DNA of 35,579 bases from an uncultured Eubacteriales bacterium (GTDB lineage: Bacteria > Bacillota > Clostridia > Lachnospirales > Lachnospiraceae). Within the stretch, counting starts at the first letter, position 1. Each line of letters begins with the position of its first letter. Under the pieces are notes generated by a model. The model made no database searches and had not been told where the DNA came from. It saw only the letters and a list, made by a program, of their open reading frames with translations. Positions 1-9,058 of the stretch are shown here, one piece after another. A program made the position numbers and the translations under genes. Location: assembly GCA_900321505.1 (NCBI GenBank), contig ONWK01000306.1, positions 1 to 35,579 on the forward strand, in the 5' to 3' direction.

Positions 1-1465
1 ATCAATAATGCTGCAGGGTACGATGTCAAATGTGGGAAAGACCCTGCTGGCAGCGGGCCTGTGCCGCATTTTCAGACAGGACGGATATAAGACCGTTCCT
101 TTTAAAGCTCAGAATATGTCGCTTAATTCCTGCATTACCGCTGACGGTAAGGAAATGAGCCGCGCACAGGTCATGCAGGCCGAAGCGGCAGGGATCGCAC
201 CTTCGGCGGATATGAATCCCCTGCTGTTAAAACCCACGGGACATACAGGTTCGCAGATCATTTTTCGGGGAAATGTGCTGGAGAATATGACGGCTGCAGA
301 ATTCTACCGAAGAAAAAAGGAATTTGTACCGGGGATACTTGAAGCCTACCGCTGTATCACGGAGGATGCGGAAATAGCGGTGATCGAGGGGGCCGGAAGT
401 CCGGTAGAACTGAATCTCCGGAAGGATGATCTGGTCAATATGGGATTTGCGGAGCTGGTTGATGCTCCTGTCCTTCTGATAGGGGACATAGATCCCGGCG
501 GAATCTTTGCCCAGCTTCTGGGAACTCTCCGGCTGCTGAGTGAAGAGGAACGGAGCAGAGTCAGGGGTCTTATAGTGAATAAATTCAGGGGAGACCCTGA
601 GCTTTTCAGGGACGGGATCAGGATACTTGAGGAAAGCTCCGGCCTTCCGGTATTGGGAGTGGTGCCTTTTACCGGGCATTCGCTTTCAGATGAGGACAGT
701 ATGTCGGACCGGCTGAAAAACAGTGGGGCAGCCGGGAAAGAAAAAGTAATCTATGATATAGCCGTGGTACGTTATCCGCATATATCGAATTTCACGGATT
801 TCGATGTGTTTGATCAGTGGACGGACATGAGGATACGTTATGTGACAGATCCGGCGGAGACAGGGCGTCCGGATATGCTGATACTTCCGGGTTCCAAGAA
901 TACCATAGAAGACATGAGGTGGCTCAGGGAAAAAGGCTTTGAGCCGGTGATAAAAAGCTATTCGTCTTACGGTGTGGTATTCGGAATATGCGGAGGTTAC
1001 CAGATGCTCGGAAGAAGCATAGAGGATCCAGGACACACCGAGGCAGGCGGAAGCATAGAGGGCCTGGGGCTGTTATCTGACAGGACAATCATTGCCGGAA
1101 AGAAGCAGCAGAGAAGGACAGAAGGTGCGGCAGGACAGCTTAAGGGCGCACTTAAGGAGCTGGCAGGCTGTACATTTTCCGGTTATGAGATCCATATGGG
1201 AAATACATTTACAGATACGGCAGAAGAAGGTCTGATAAGAGAAGAAGGAAATATTTACGGTACCTATCTGCACGGCTTCTTTGATGCACCGGAGATCATC
1301 CCTGCACTGAGACGCAACCTGGCCGGTTTAAGGGGACTTTCGTGTGATGACGGGGAGAAGCCTGATTATAAGGAGTTTAAGGAACGTGAGTATGACAGGC
1401 TGGCGGAGGTCCTCAGAAACTCTTTGGATATTAACGGTATCTATCGTATCATGGGTTTAAGGTAG
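1..1465 (+). CDS. cbiP: Cobyric acid synthase (CbiP/CobQ); true start probably just upstream of the window
   Basis: Motifs QGTMSNVGKT, PFKAQNMSLNS, IEGAGSP, glutaminase GICGGYQMLG, GYEIH and YGTYLHG. The frame is open from base 2 (S-I-M). Confidence 0.95.
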   Translation, partial: SIMLQGTMSNVGKTLLAAGLCRIFRQDGYKTVPFKAQNMSLNSCITADGKEMSRAQVMQAEAAGIAPSADMNPLLLKPTGHTGSQIIFRGNVLENMTAAEFYRRKKEFVPGILEAYRCITEDAEIAVIEGAGSPVELNLRKDDLVNMGFAELVDAPVLLIGDIDPGGIFAQLLGTLRLLSEEERSRVRGLIVNKFRGDPELFRDGIRILEESSGLPVLGVVPFTGHSLSDEDSMSDRLKNSGAAGKEKVIYDIAVVRYPHISNFTDFDVFDQWTDMRIRYVTDPAETGRPDMLILPGSKNTIEDMRWLREKGFEPVIKSYSSYGVVFGICGGYQMLGRSIEDPGHTEAGGSIEGLGLLSDRTIIAGKKQQRRTEGAAGQLKGALKELAGCTFSGYEIHMGNTFTDTAEEGLIREEGNIYGTYLHGFFDAPEIIPALRRNLAGLRGLSCDDGEKPDYKEFKEREYDRLAEVLRNSLDINGIYRIMGLR

Positions 1466-1484
1466 TTTCGAGAATAATTTCAGG

Positions 1485-1541
1485 GAAACTGTTCAGTACC
1501 CCGGCTCCGGATGCGGAGCATCCGGGGTGCTGAATAGTTAC
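1485..1541. repeat. Intergenic palindromic repeat, copy 1 (both arms)
   Basis: GAAACTGTTCAG-TACCCCGG-CT-CCGGATGC-GGA-GCATCCGG-GGTG-CTGAATAGTTAC; arms are reverse-complementary with two G-T pairs. Confidence 0.9.
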
Positions 1542-1557
1542 ATTTTAGGAACGAAAA

Positions 1558-2667
1558 ATGACAATAGAGGATATATCCGAACTCAATATAGATGAACCTG
1601 ACAAAAATATCATGTCAGAGATAAAGGAACGCTGGGACAGTATAGCTAAACCGCTGGACGGACTTGGGCTGCTGGAGGAGATACATGCACGTACAGGTGC
1701 GATGGAAAGAACTGTTGAACCGGTGATTGATCCGGCTGTGGCTGTTACATTTTGCGGAGACCATGGTATAACAGCGGCAGGAGTAAGCCAGACCGACAGC
1801 AGCGTTACCCGGACTGTGGCGGGCTTTCTCGGACGCGGTGAAAGCTCACTGGGTCATATGGCAGCTGTGGCAGGCTGTGATACCATAGCCGTGGATGTGG
1901 GTATCATCGGGAGAAAGCCGATCCCGGGGGTACGTGACCGGAAGATCAGAGAAGGAACAAGGGATTTTCGATATGAACCGGCAATGACTCGTGAGGAGGC
2001 CCTTCAGGCCGTTTCCGTGGGTATTGAAATGGCGGAAGAGAAGGTTAAGGATGGTTACAGGCTGTTGATCCCCGGTGAGATGGGAATAGGAAATACAACG
2101 GCGGCCACAGCCATGCTGGCAGCCTTTACGGGACTTTCTGTCGAAAGCATTACGGGAACCGGCGCAGGACTTGATGAGGAAGGTCTGAAAAGAAAAAAAG
2201 CTGCGATATCCGAAGGACTGTCACGTTGGAAAGAGGAAAGGAAGCCTGAGCTTTTCGGAAAGGAAAAGCAGTCACCGGAAGCTGCGCTGGACATAATTTC
2301 CAATTTCGGAGGATATGAACTTGCGGCCATGACAGGGCTTTGTATCGGCGGAGCGCTGTTTCACACGCCTGTTGTGCTGGACGGATATCTTTCGGCAGTG
2401 GCGGGATTTGCGGCGGAAAGACTGAAGCCGGGGGTGAAAGGATATCTTATCGCTTCCCACAGCAGCAGGGAACCCGGTGCGGAGACCTGTATGAAGAAAC
2501 TGGAACTGACACCGGTTATCTACGGAAATTTCAGACTGGGGGAGGGAACGGGAGCCCTGACACTTCTTCCCATGCTCAGAATGGCTGACGCTGTATACCG
2601 CAACATGGTGCGTTTTGACGGAACGGATATAACGGCTTATAAGAGAATTCAGGAGAATAAAGAATGA
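1558..2667 (+). CDS. cobT: Nicotinate-nucleotide--dimethylbenzimidazole phosphoribosyltransferase
   Basis: AKPLDGLGLLE, GDHG, GEMGIGNTT, LDGY and RLGEGTGA motifs; cobalamin context. Confidence 0.93.
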   Translation: MTIEDISELNIDEPDKNIMSEIKERWDSIAKPLDGLGLLEEIHARTGAMERTVEPVIDPAVAVTFCGDHGITAAGVSQTDSSVTRTVAGFLGRGESSLGHMAAVAGCDTIAVDVGIIGRKPIPGVRDRKIREGTRDFRYEPAMTREEALQAVSVGIEMAEEKVKDGYRLLIPGEMGIGNTTAATAMLAAFTGLSVESITGTGAGLDEEGLKRKKAAISEGLSRWKEERKPELFGKEKQSPEAALDIISNFGGYELAAMTGLCIGGALFHTPVVLDGYLSAVAGFAAERLKPGVKGYLIASHSSREPGAETCMKKLELTPVIYGNFRLGEGTGALTLLPMLRMADAVYRNMVRFDGTDITAYKRIQENKE

Positions 2668-3116
2668 CGGAATACAGATTTTACGGAAATGAAAATCCCG
2701 CGGCAGAGGCGGTGACTGATGAATATCCCGGTATAAGGACACAGTTCGATCTGTATGATGCGCTTTCCGAACTGTGGTGTGCCGGGACCTGCGCGCCGAG
2801 AATGAGGGACCGCTGGAGTCCGGAGAATAAAACCCTGGGACAGTGTTCCATTACAGCCTTTCTGGCGCAGGACATTTTCGGCGGTAAGGTTTACGGCATA
2901 CTCCGCGACGGAGGAAACTATCACTGCTATAACGTGGTGGGAGATGTGCTGTTTGATCTGACAAGTGAGCAGTTCGGGGATGAGGTGCTGGATTATACGG
3001 ATAATCCGGAACAGCAGCGGGAGGTGCATTTCGCAAAGGAAGAAAAAAAGGCCCGCTACGAATATCTTGCGGCAGAGCTGAAGAAATACTGTATCAACAG
3101 GCAGAGTAAAAGCTGA
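2664..3116 (+). CDS. YunG-like hypothetical protein
   Basis: W..EN...GQCSITA...QDIFGG...HCYN...DLTSEQF pattern; ATGA overlap with the cobT stop. Confidence 0.65.
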   Translation: MTEYRFYGNENPAAEAVTDEYPGIRTQFDLYDALSELWCAGTCAPRMRDRWSPENKTLGQCSITAFLAQDIFGGKVYGILRDGGNYHCYNVVGDVLFDLTSEQFGDEVLDYTDNPEQQREVHFAKEEKKARYEYLAAELKKYCINRQSKS

Positions 3117-3134
3117 AAAGGCAGGAAAGAAAAG

Positions 3135-3716
3135 ATGAAATGGATCATCATCCGGCACGGAACAACAAAGGGAAATACTGAAAGAAGATTCTCAGGTATA
3201 ACGGATGACCCGCTGATCGATGAGGGGATCAGAGAACTCATCGAAAAGAAGAGCGGCGGCTTGTATTCCGAAACGGAGCAGGCTCTTGAAAACGGCGCGG
3301 GATTATATGTGAGTCCTATGAAAAGATGCACAGCTACGGCTGAGATCCTTTTTCCCGGGCGAAGCTACAGTATAGAAAAGGATTTACATGAGATCGATTT
3401 CGGTGAATTCGAAGGTAAAAACCACGCGGAACTGAACGGGCTGGAAGCATATCAGGAATGGATCGATCTGAGAGGAAAAGCACCTTTCCCGGGTGGGGAA
3501 TCAAGGGAGGAATACATTTTACGGATCCGCGGAGCACTTCGGCGTTTAGAGGACGAAGCACTGAAGGAAGGTAAGGATACGGTAGTTATCGTGGCCCACG
3601 GAGGAACCATCATGTCGGCAAGAGAGATCCTTGCCGGAGGAGATTTCTATGATGAGATACCCGAAAACGGCGGGGTATTTACGGCAGAAACAAAGACGGA
3701 AATCAGTAGTATGTAA
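3135..3716 (+). CDS. cobC: Histidine phosphatase, probable alpha-ribazole/adenosylcobalamin phosphatase (CobC-like)
   Basis: RHG, SPMKRC, EIDFGEFEG, GGES and AHGG motifs; lies near cobT. Confidence 0.75.
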   Translation: MKWIIIRHGTTKGNTERRFSGITDDPLIDEGIRELIEKKSGGLYSETEQALENGAGLYVSPMKRCTATAEILFPGRSYSIEKDLHEIDFGEFEGKNHAELNGLEAYQEWIDLRGKAPFPGGESREEYILRIRGALRRLEDEALKEGKDTVVIVAHGGTIMSAREILAGGDFYDEIPENGGVFTAETKTEISSM

Positions 3717-3742
3717 CACGGGATTTGGCAGGGACACATGAA

Positions 3743-4714
3743 ATGCAGCTGATCTGGATAAAATATCATCTGATAGCGCTCCTTATTGGGATATTGCTGG
3801 ATCTCATTATCGGGGATCCGGAGCATTTTCCTCATCCGGTGAGATGGATGGGAAGGATGATCGCAGACTACGAGGAACGCTGGAATAATGAAGAGCTGAC
3901 GGATGAAGAACGATATCATCGCGGCAGGCGCATGGCAGGCTCGGTGATCCTCCTGACAGGAGTCTACTGCGGAATTATCCTTGCGGCAGGCTATTATATT
4001 CATCCGGTGGCGGGGATCATTATTGAAGCAGTGATCACAGCCTATATGCTGGCTGCACGCTCGCTTTCCAAAGAAAGCGAAATGGTGAGGACAGCCCTGG
4101 AAAGAGGAACGCTGGAAGACGGCAGAAATGCAGTGGCCCGCATAGTTGGAAGGGATACGGCGGAGCTTTCCGAAAAGGGCGTAATTAAAGCGGCAGTTGA
4201 AACTGTGGCGGAAAACACCTCCGACGGAGTGATAGCTCCCCTGCTTTATCTGCTGATAGGAGGCCCGGTTCTGGGCTGCATATATAAGGCAGTTAATACC
4301 ATGGACTCAATGGTGGGATATAAGAATGAAAGGTATCTGTGGTTCGGCCGGGCAGCGGCAAGGCTGGATGATATGGCAAACTATATTCCGGCCAGATTAA
4401 CCGCCGGGCTGCTGATACTTTCCGCATATATCCTTCCCGGCTGCAGCGGCAGGAAGGCTGCTAAGATATGCCGCAGAGATGCCAAAAAGAGCACCAGTCC
4501 AAATTCCGGTCATCCCGAAGCGGCAGTGGCCGGAGCTCTGGGCGTCGAGCTCCTTGGGAATGCCAGCTACCACGGTATTCCGGTATATAAACCGACCATA
4601 GGGGAGCCCCTGAGGGAAATTGAGAGAGAAGATATAAGCCGTGCAAACAGGATGATGTTTACGGCTGAAGGGATAGCGATACTGCCGATCATTACAGCCC
4701 TCTTTTTTCTTTGA
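3743..4714 (+). CDS. cbiB: Adenosylcobinamide-phosphate synthase CbiB
   Basis: LDLIIGDP..HPV, IVGRDT, ETVAENTSDG, NTMDSMVGY and SPNSG motifs. ATG 3743 preferred over TTG 3725. Confidence 0.93.
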   Translation: MQLIWIKYHLIALLIGILLDLIIGDPEHFPHPVRWMGRMIADYEERWNNEELTDEERYHRGRRMAGSVILLTGVYCGIILAAGYYIHPVAGIIIEAVITAYMLAARSLSKESEMVRTALERGTLEDGRNAVARIVGRDTAELSEKGVIKAAVETVAENTSDGVIAPLLYLLIGGPVLGCIYKAVNTMDSMVGYKNERYLWFGRAAARLDDMANYIPARLTAGLLILSAYILPGCSGRKAAKICRRDAKKSTSPNSGHPEAAVAGALGVELLGNASYHGIPVYKPTIGEPLREIEREDISRANRMMFTAEGIAILPIITALFFL

Positions 4715-4716
4715 TA

Positions 4717-4746
4717 CTGGAAAAAAAGTCCTGAAGAGTATAAAAT
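4717..4746 (+). promoter_or_regulatory. Putative promoter of the PP2C gene (CTGGAA-N18-TAAAAT)
   Basis: -10-like TAAAAT at 4741-4746; the same layout recurs at 6335-6364. Confidence 0.45.
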
Positions 4747-4755
4747 AAAAGGATA

Positions 4756-4796
4756 GTAACTATTCAGAAAAAAGGAACTATGAGCTTAACAGTTGC
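4756..4796. repeat. Degenerate repeat copy (arms only, no GC core)
   Basis: Exact left arm GTAACTATTCAG (4756-4767) and a two-mismatch right arm CTTAACAGTTGC (4785-4796). Confidence 0.6.
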
Positions 4797-4833
4797 AGGG
4801 AATAATATATATATATTAAGGAATGTGTGAAGT

Positions 4834-6285
4834 ATGGATATTAGTATGACTTTTGGTAACTTTATAAACGTGATCATTATAGCGGTCGGTGTGGGAGTCT
4901 GCGGACTGAGTGTCATGCAGGTAAGCTCGGGTATCCACATCCGGCCGGAGGTGAAGAGATATTTCCAGCTGTTCTTCAGTCTGATCATAATATATATCAG
5001 CATGCATCTTATAAGGCAGATGCTGGACGGCCAACCCGGAAATGCAGTTCATGTAGTGATCATGATCGTTACATTTATCGAATTCCTGGTATCGGGTTTA
5101 ATGGCCTATATGATCTCAATGCTGATACTTTTTGTTACAAATCCCGATAAGAGAAAACAGATTGGATATTACTATCTTGCTTTGGTAATCATTCATACCA
5201 TATTACTGATCATATCCCAATTTACGGATCTTTTCTATTATTTCGATGCCACAAATACATATCACAGGGGTTCGGGATACATCCTTTCAAATCTTGCGTC
5301 AATCCTGCTGCTGCTCTCGAATGTCGTGCTCCTGATAAAGTACCGCGAGAGGGTTCCGAGAAGGATAGCCATAGCCTTCTGGATATATATCATTGCGCCT
5401 CTCGTGGCTATCGGGATCCAGGCTATACTGACTCAGGTGCAGTTTATCATAATTGCAACGGTGGGTGCGGCAATCTACATGTATTTCGCTATCATCCGGG
5501 AACAGACGGAAAGATATGAAAAGCAGCAGAAGGAGGCGAACCGGCTGGATACGGAGCTGTCCATGGCAACACGTATACAGGCGGATACACTGCCGAATAT
5601 CTTCCCTGCATTTCCGGAACGGGATGAGTTCAACATATATGCATCCATGAAACCGGCCAAGGAGGTAGGAGGAGATTTCTATGATTTCTTCCTGATCGAC
5701 AATGATCATCTGGGACTTGTTATGGCGGATGTGTCCGGTAAGGGAGTTCCGGCGGCACTATTCATGATGATATCCAAGATACTGGTTCAGAACTATGCTT
5801 CCATGGGACTGGAGCCTAAAGAGGTGCTTGAGAAGGTCAATCATCAGATATGCAAGAATAACAGGGAGGATATGTTTGTAACCGTATGGTTCGGATCACT
5901 GAATCTTGTGACCGGAAAGCTGATGGCCGGAAACGCAGGGCATGAATACCCGGTACTGAAAAAACCTGATGGGCATTTCGAACTGATAAAGGATAAGCAC
6001 GGGCTTGTTATAGGCGGTATGGACGGAGTGAGATACAGTCAGTATGAGCTTCAGATGGATCCCGGTTCAAAGCTCTTCATTTATACGGATGGTGTGCCTG
6101 AGGCAACCAATGCGGAAAATGAGCTCTTTGGAACGGATCGTATGGTGGAGGCGCTGAATCTTGCGGATGATAAATCTCCTCAGGAGATCATGGAAATGGT
6201 GGATGCAGCAGTGGAAAGCTTTGTGGGGGATGCACCGCAGTTTGACGATCTGACCATGCTTTGTATCGAGTTTGTCGGAAGATGA
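4834..6285 (+). CDS. Membrane-anchored PP2C/SpoIIE (RsbU-like) serine phosphatase
   Basis: About 7 hydrophobic segments, then VGGDFYDF, ADVSGKGVPAALFM, NAGH, YTDGVPEA and DDLT. Confidence 0.9.
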   Translation: MDISMTFGNFINVIIIAVGVGVCGLSVMQVSSGIHIRPEVKRYFQLFFSLIIIYISMHLIRQMLDGQPGNAVHVVIMIVTFIEFLVSGLMAYMISMLILFVTNPDKRKQIGYYYLALVIIHTILLIISQFTDLFYYFDATNTYHRGSGYILSNLASILLLLSNVVLLIKYRERVPRRIAIAFWIYIIAPLVAIGIQAILTQVQFIIIATVGAAIYMYFAIIREQTERYEKQQKEANRLDTELSMATRIQADTLPNIFPAFPERDEFNIYASMKPAKEVGGDFYDFFLIDNDHLGLVMADVSGKGVPAALFMMISKILVQNYASMGLEPKEVLEKVNHQICKNNREDMFVTVWFGSLNLVTGKLMAGNAGHEYPVLKKPDGHFELIKDKHGLVIGGMDGVRYSQYELQMDPGSKLFIYTDGVPEATNAENELFGTDRMVEALNLADDKSPQEIMEMVDAAVESFVGDAPQFDDLTMLCIEFVGR

Positions 6286-6334
6286 TATCCGGCAGTCCGG
6301 GCGGCTTCAGAAAGGGACAGGACCGGAAAAATCA

Positions 6335-6364
6335 CTGGAAAATCAGCACTGATAAGTGTAAAAT
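6335..6364 (+). promoter_or_regulatory. Putative promoter of the hybrid kinase (CTGGAA-N18-TAAAAT)
   Basis: Matches the 4717-4746 element in both hexamers and spacing. Confidence 0.45.
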
Positions 6365-6427
6365 GGAAATAGCGCTTTTTTTCCAGGTTCTTAAAAGTTA
6401 ACAGCCGTTTACGCGGGGGAAGGTCAT

Positions 6428-8965
6428 ATGAAGAAGATTTGGATACTTCTCATAAATGTACTTTTGATGGTGGGGATCATCGTCTTTGTATTTGTATATG
6501 CAAGGAGCACAAGAAACTCCCGCTACGAAGCCGAGAAAGAGGGCTTCAGGAATATGACCATCAGCATGGAGCAGATCACCGAAAATTATCTGTTAAGCGA
6601 ACAGCATATATGCGATGTGTGGTCAAAGTACATCAATTCCTCGGGAATGACCATGGATCAGGCGGTTGAAGTGGTCCGCGTATCCCATGTGCTCGAAGTG
6701 GCTGCGGCCCATCTGATCTTTGTTGATGATGATTCGTATATCGGTCTTTCCACCAGAGCGAATGTCAACAACCTAAACGATTATCTGGTTTCATATAAGG
6801 GCCTTGATATCGGACTTGATAAAAATGCCGGGGAAGTGGGAGAGAAGCTTCACATTACCAGATCCTATATTAATCCTATGAATGGAGTTCAGTCCATTGC
6901 ATTCTATAACAGCTTAACCCTTATTGACGGTGGGACGGGAGCACCCCGCAGGGCGCTGCTGCTGCGTGTGGTTCCGCTGAGTGAGCTGCAGACAAAATGG
7001 ATTTATCCCCAGGATGATTATAAGAATGCGGAATTCTCCATGCTTGACGAGGAGGGAAACTATGTCATCAAGGGAGAGTCCTTTGATGAAGACAGTTTTC
7101 TTGATTATTACAGTGCGTATAACAAGGCAGATCAGAGCGAGCTTGATAAGCTTGAAATTCAAATGACCTCCGGAACGGGAACAATAAATATTACAAATGA
7201 TAATAATGAAAAAGCACTGATAGTCTATACGCCGATCAAATCGGTGAAGGGCTGGAGGCTTCTGGGATATATTCCCGAAAAGGAAATGAGTATAGAAAGT
7301 ACAGACTGGGCAGTGGTAGGAACCATAGCGGCTGCCCTTATACTGCTGTTTATAGCTGATCTTGTCTTTATCCTTCATTTCAACGAACAGCTTAAGAAAA
7401 CGGCAGAAGAGGCGGAGCGGGCAAATCTTGCCAAAACGGTCTTCCTTTCCACAATGTCTCATGATATCAGAACGCCCATGAATGCCATTATAGGACTTAC
7501 GACCATTGCCGAGAAAAATATCGGGGATCCCCAGGCAGTCAGCGAGAATCTGAGGAAGATAAGCCTTTCCAGCAACCATCTGCTGACGCTGATCAATGAC
7601 ATTCTGGATATCTCAAAGGTGGAAAGCGGCAGGCTTACACTTTCGCCGGTGACCTTCTCTCTGGCAGAGACCGCTGAGAATCTGGTGAACATTTCACAGC
7701 CGATGCTGAAGGAGAAGAATATCGATTTCAACTTCAGGATCAATGCCATTCAGAGTGAGAGCCTTTATGCCGACCAGCTGAGGCTGAACCAGATATTTAT
7801 AAATCTGCTTTCAAATGCGATAAAGTATACTGAGCCGGGCGGTCAGGTAAATGTGGATCTGAGAGAGGATCCGGGATCGACGGAGGATACGGTACTTCTT
7901 ACCTATATAGTCAGTGACAACGGAATCGGAATGTCAGAGGAATTCATGAAGCGGATGTACCAGCCTTTCATGAGAGAGACGGACAGCCGTATCAATACCA
8001 TTCAGGGTACGGGACTGGGACTTGCCATAACCAAGCAAATGGTGGATCTTATGGGAGGGACCATCGACTGTGTAAGCCGTGAAAGGGAAGGCACCACATT
8101 TACGGTTAAGCTTACGCTGCCTGTGTCAGGCAAGGCACCGGTGGAAATGCACCTTGATCCGATGGATGTCCTTCTGGTGGATGATGATGAGGTCCTTCGG
8201 GAGACTGCAAAGGATACACTGAAGTCTCTCGGAGTTTTGGCGGATACGGCGGATTCCGGAGCAGAAGCGCTGAATAAGCTGAAGAGCAGGCGTGAGACGG
8301 GTGAGGATTACGGAGTCGTTATAGTGGACTGGAAGATGCCTGAGATGGATGGCGTTGAGGTGGTCCGCAGGATAAGGCAGGAGACCGGAACGCAGGCGCC
8401 TATACTTCTCATTTCAGCCTATGACTGGACGGAGATAGAGGATGCTGCAAAGCAGGCCGGTGCAAACGGTTTTATCTCCAAGCCGTTGTTCAGAACCACA
8501 CTTTACAACAAGATCACCGAGGTACTGGGACTGGATACAGGGTTTGCGGCAAATGAGGAGGACGATTCCGATATTACGGGAATGCACATTCTGGTTGCCG
8601 AGGACAATGATATCAACTGGGAGATCATCAGTGAGATACTGCACATGCATGGTATAGAATCCGAGCGTGCGGTGAACGGCAAGGAAGCTATAGAGATGTT
8701 TGAAGCGGATAAGGATGAGAAATATGAGCTCATCTTTATGGATATACAGATGCCTGTAATGAACGGCCTGGATGCAACGCGGGGTATCAGGAGCCTGGGA
8801 ACAGAGCGCGGCAGCAGTATTCCCATTATCGCCATGACGGCGGATGCATTTTCGGAAAATGTTGCAGCCTGTCTTGAGGCGGGAATGAACGGACATATAG
8901 CCAAGCCCATAGATATAAAGCATGTTATTAAGGAGATACGGAGGGTGAAGGAAGGCCGGATTTAA
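6428..8965 (+). CDS. Hybrid sensor histidine kinase with two receiver domains
   Basis: Two TM segments flank an extracellular region. H-box MSHDIRTPMNAIIG, N-box NLLSNAIKYT, DNGIG and GTGLGL; receivers DWKMP and DIQMP. Confidence 0.93.
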   Translation: MKKIWILLINVLLMVGIIVFVFVYARSTRNSRYEAEKEGFRNMTISMEQITENYLLSEQHICDVWSKYINSSGMTMDQAVEVVRVSHVLEVAAAHLIFVDDDSYIGLSTRANVNNLNDYLVSYKGLDIGLDKNAGEVGEKLHITRSYINPMNGVQSIAFYNSLTLIDGGTGAPRRALLLRVVPLSELQTKWIYPQDDYKNAEFSMLDEEGNYVIKGESFDEDSFLDYYSAYNKADQSELDKLEIQMTSGTGTINITNDNNEKALIVYTPIKSVKGWRLLGYIPEKEMSIESTDWAVVGTIAAALILLFIADLVFILHFNEQLKKTAEEAERANLAKTVFLSTMSHDIRTPMNAIIGLTTIAEKNIGDPQAVSENLRKISLSSNHLLTLINDILDISKVESGRLTLSPVTFSLAETAENLVNISQPMLKEKNIDFNFRINAIQSESLYADQLRLNQIFINLLSNAIKYTEPGGQVNVDLREDPGSTEDTVLLTYIVSDNGIGMSEEFMKRMYQPFMRETDSRINTIQGTGLGLAITKQMVDLMGGTIDCVSREREGTTFTVKLTLPVSGKAPVEMHLDPMDVLLVDDDEVLRETAKDTLKSLGVLADTADSGAEALNKLKSRRETGEDYGVVIVDWKMPEMDGVEVVRRIRQETGTQAPILLISAYDWTEIEDAAKQAGANGFISKPLFRTTLYNKITEVLGLDTGFAANEEDDSDITGMHILVAEDNDINWEIISEILHMHGIESERAVNGKEAIEMFEADKDEKYELIFMDIQMPVMNGLDATRGIRSLGTERGSSIPIIAMTADAFSENVAACLEAGMNGHIAKPIDIKHVIKEIRRVKEGRI

Positions 8966-9058
8966 GACTGTAGTGCAGCGGGATGCCTTTTCAGTATGGA
9001 ATACGGTTTTCAGGCTGAGCAGCTCAGGTAACAAAAGCCAGGATGCGGAGGAAGAAGG

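Noticed and set aside
4797-4833. AT-rich stretch as a dif/Xer site
   Set aside because: It has no TTATGTAAA-like XerD arm; only the TATATA centre resembles dif.
9015-9050. CTGAGC-A-GCTCAG palindrome and GGATGCGGAG as another repeat copy
   Set aside because: Too short and too divergent, and the pieces are in the wrong order.
8966-9058. Cobalamin riboswitch remnant before cobD (ACTGTA at 8967; AAGCCAGGA near 9035)
   Set aside because: The gap is only 93 nt, the B12 box lacks GACCTGCC and the 5' core is absent. An Rfam cobalamin covariance search would settle it.
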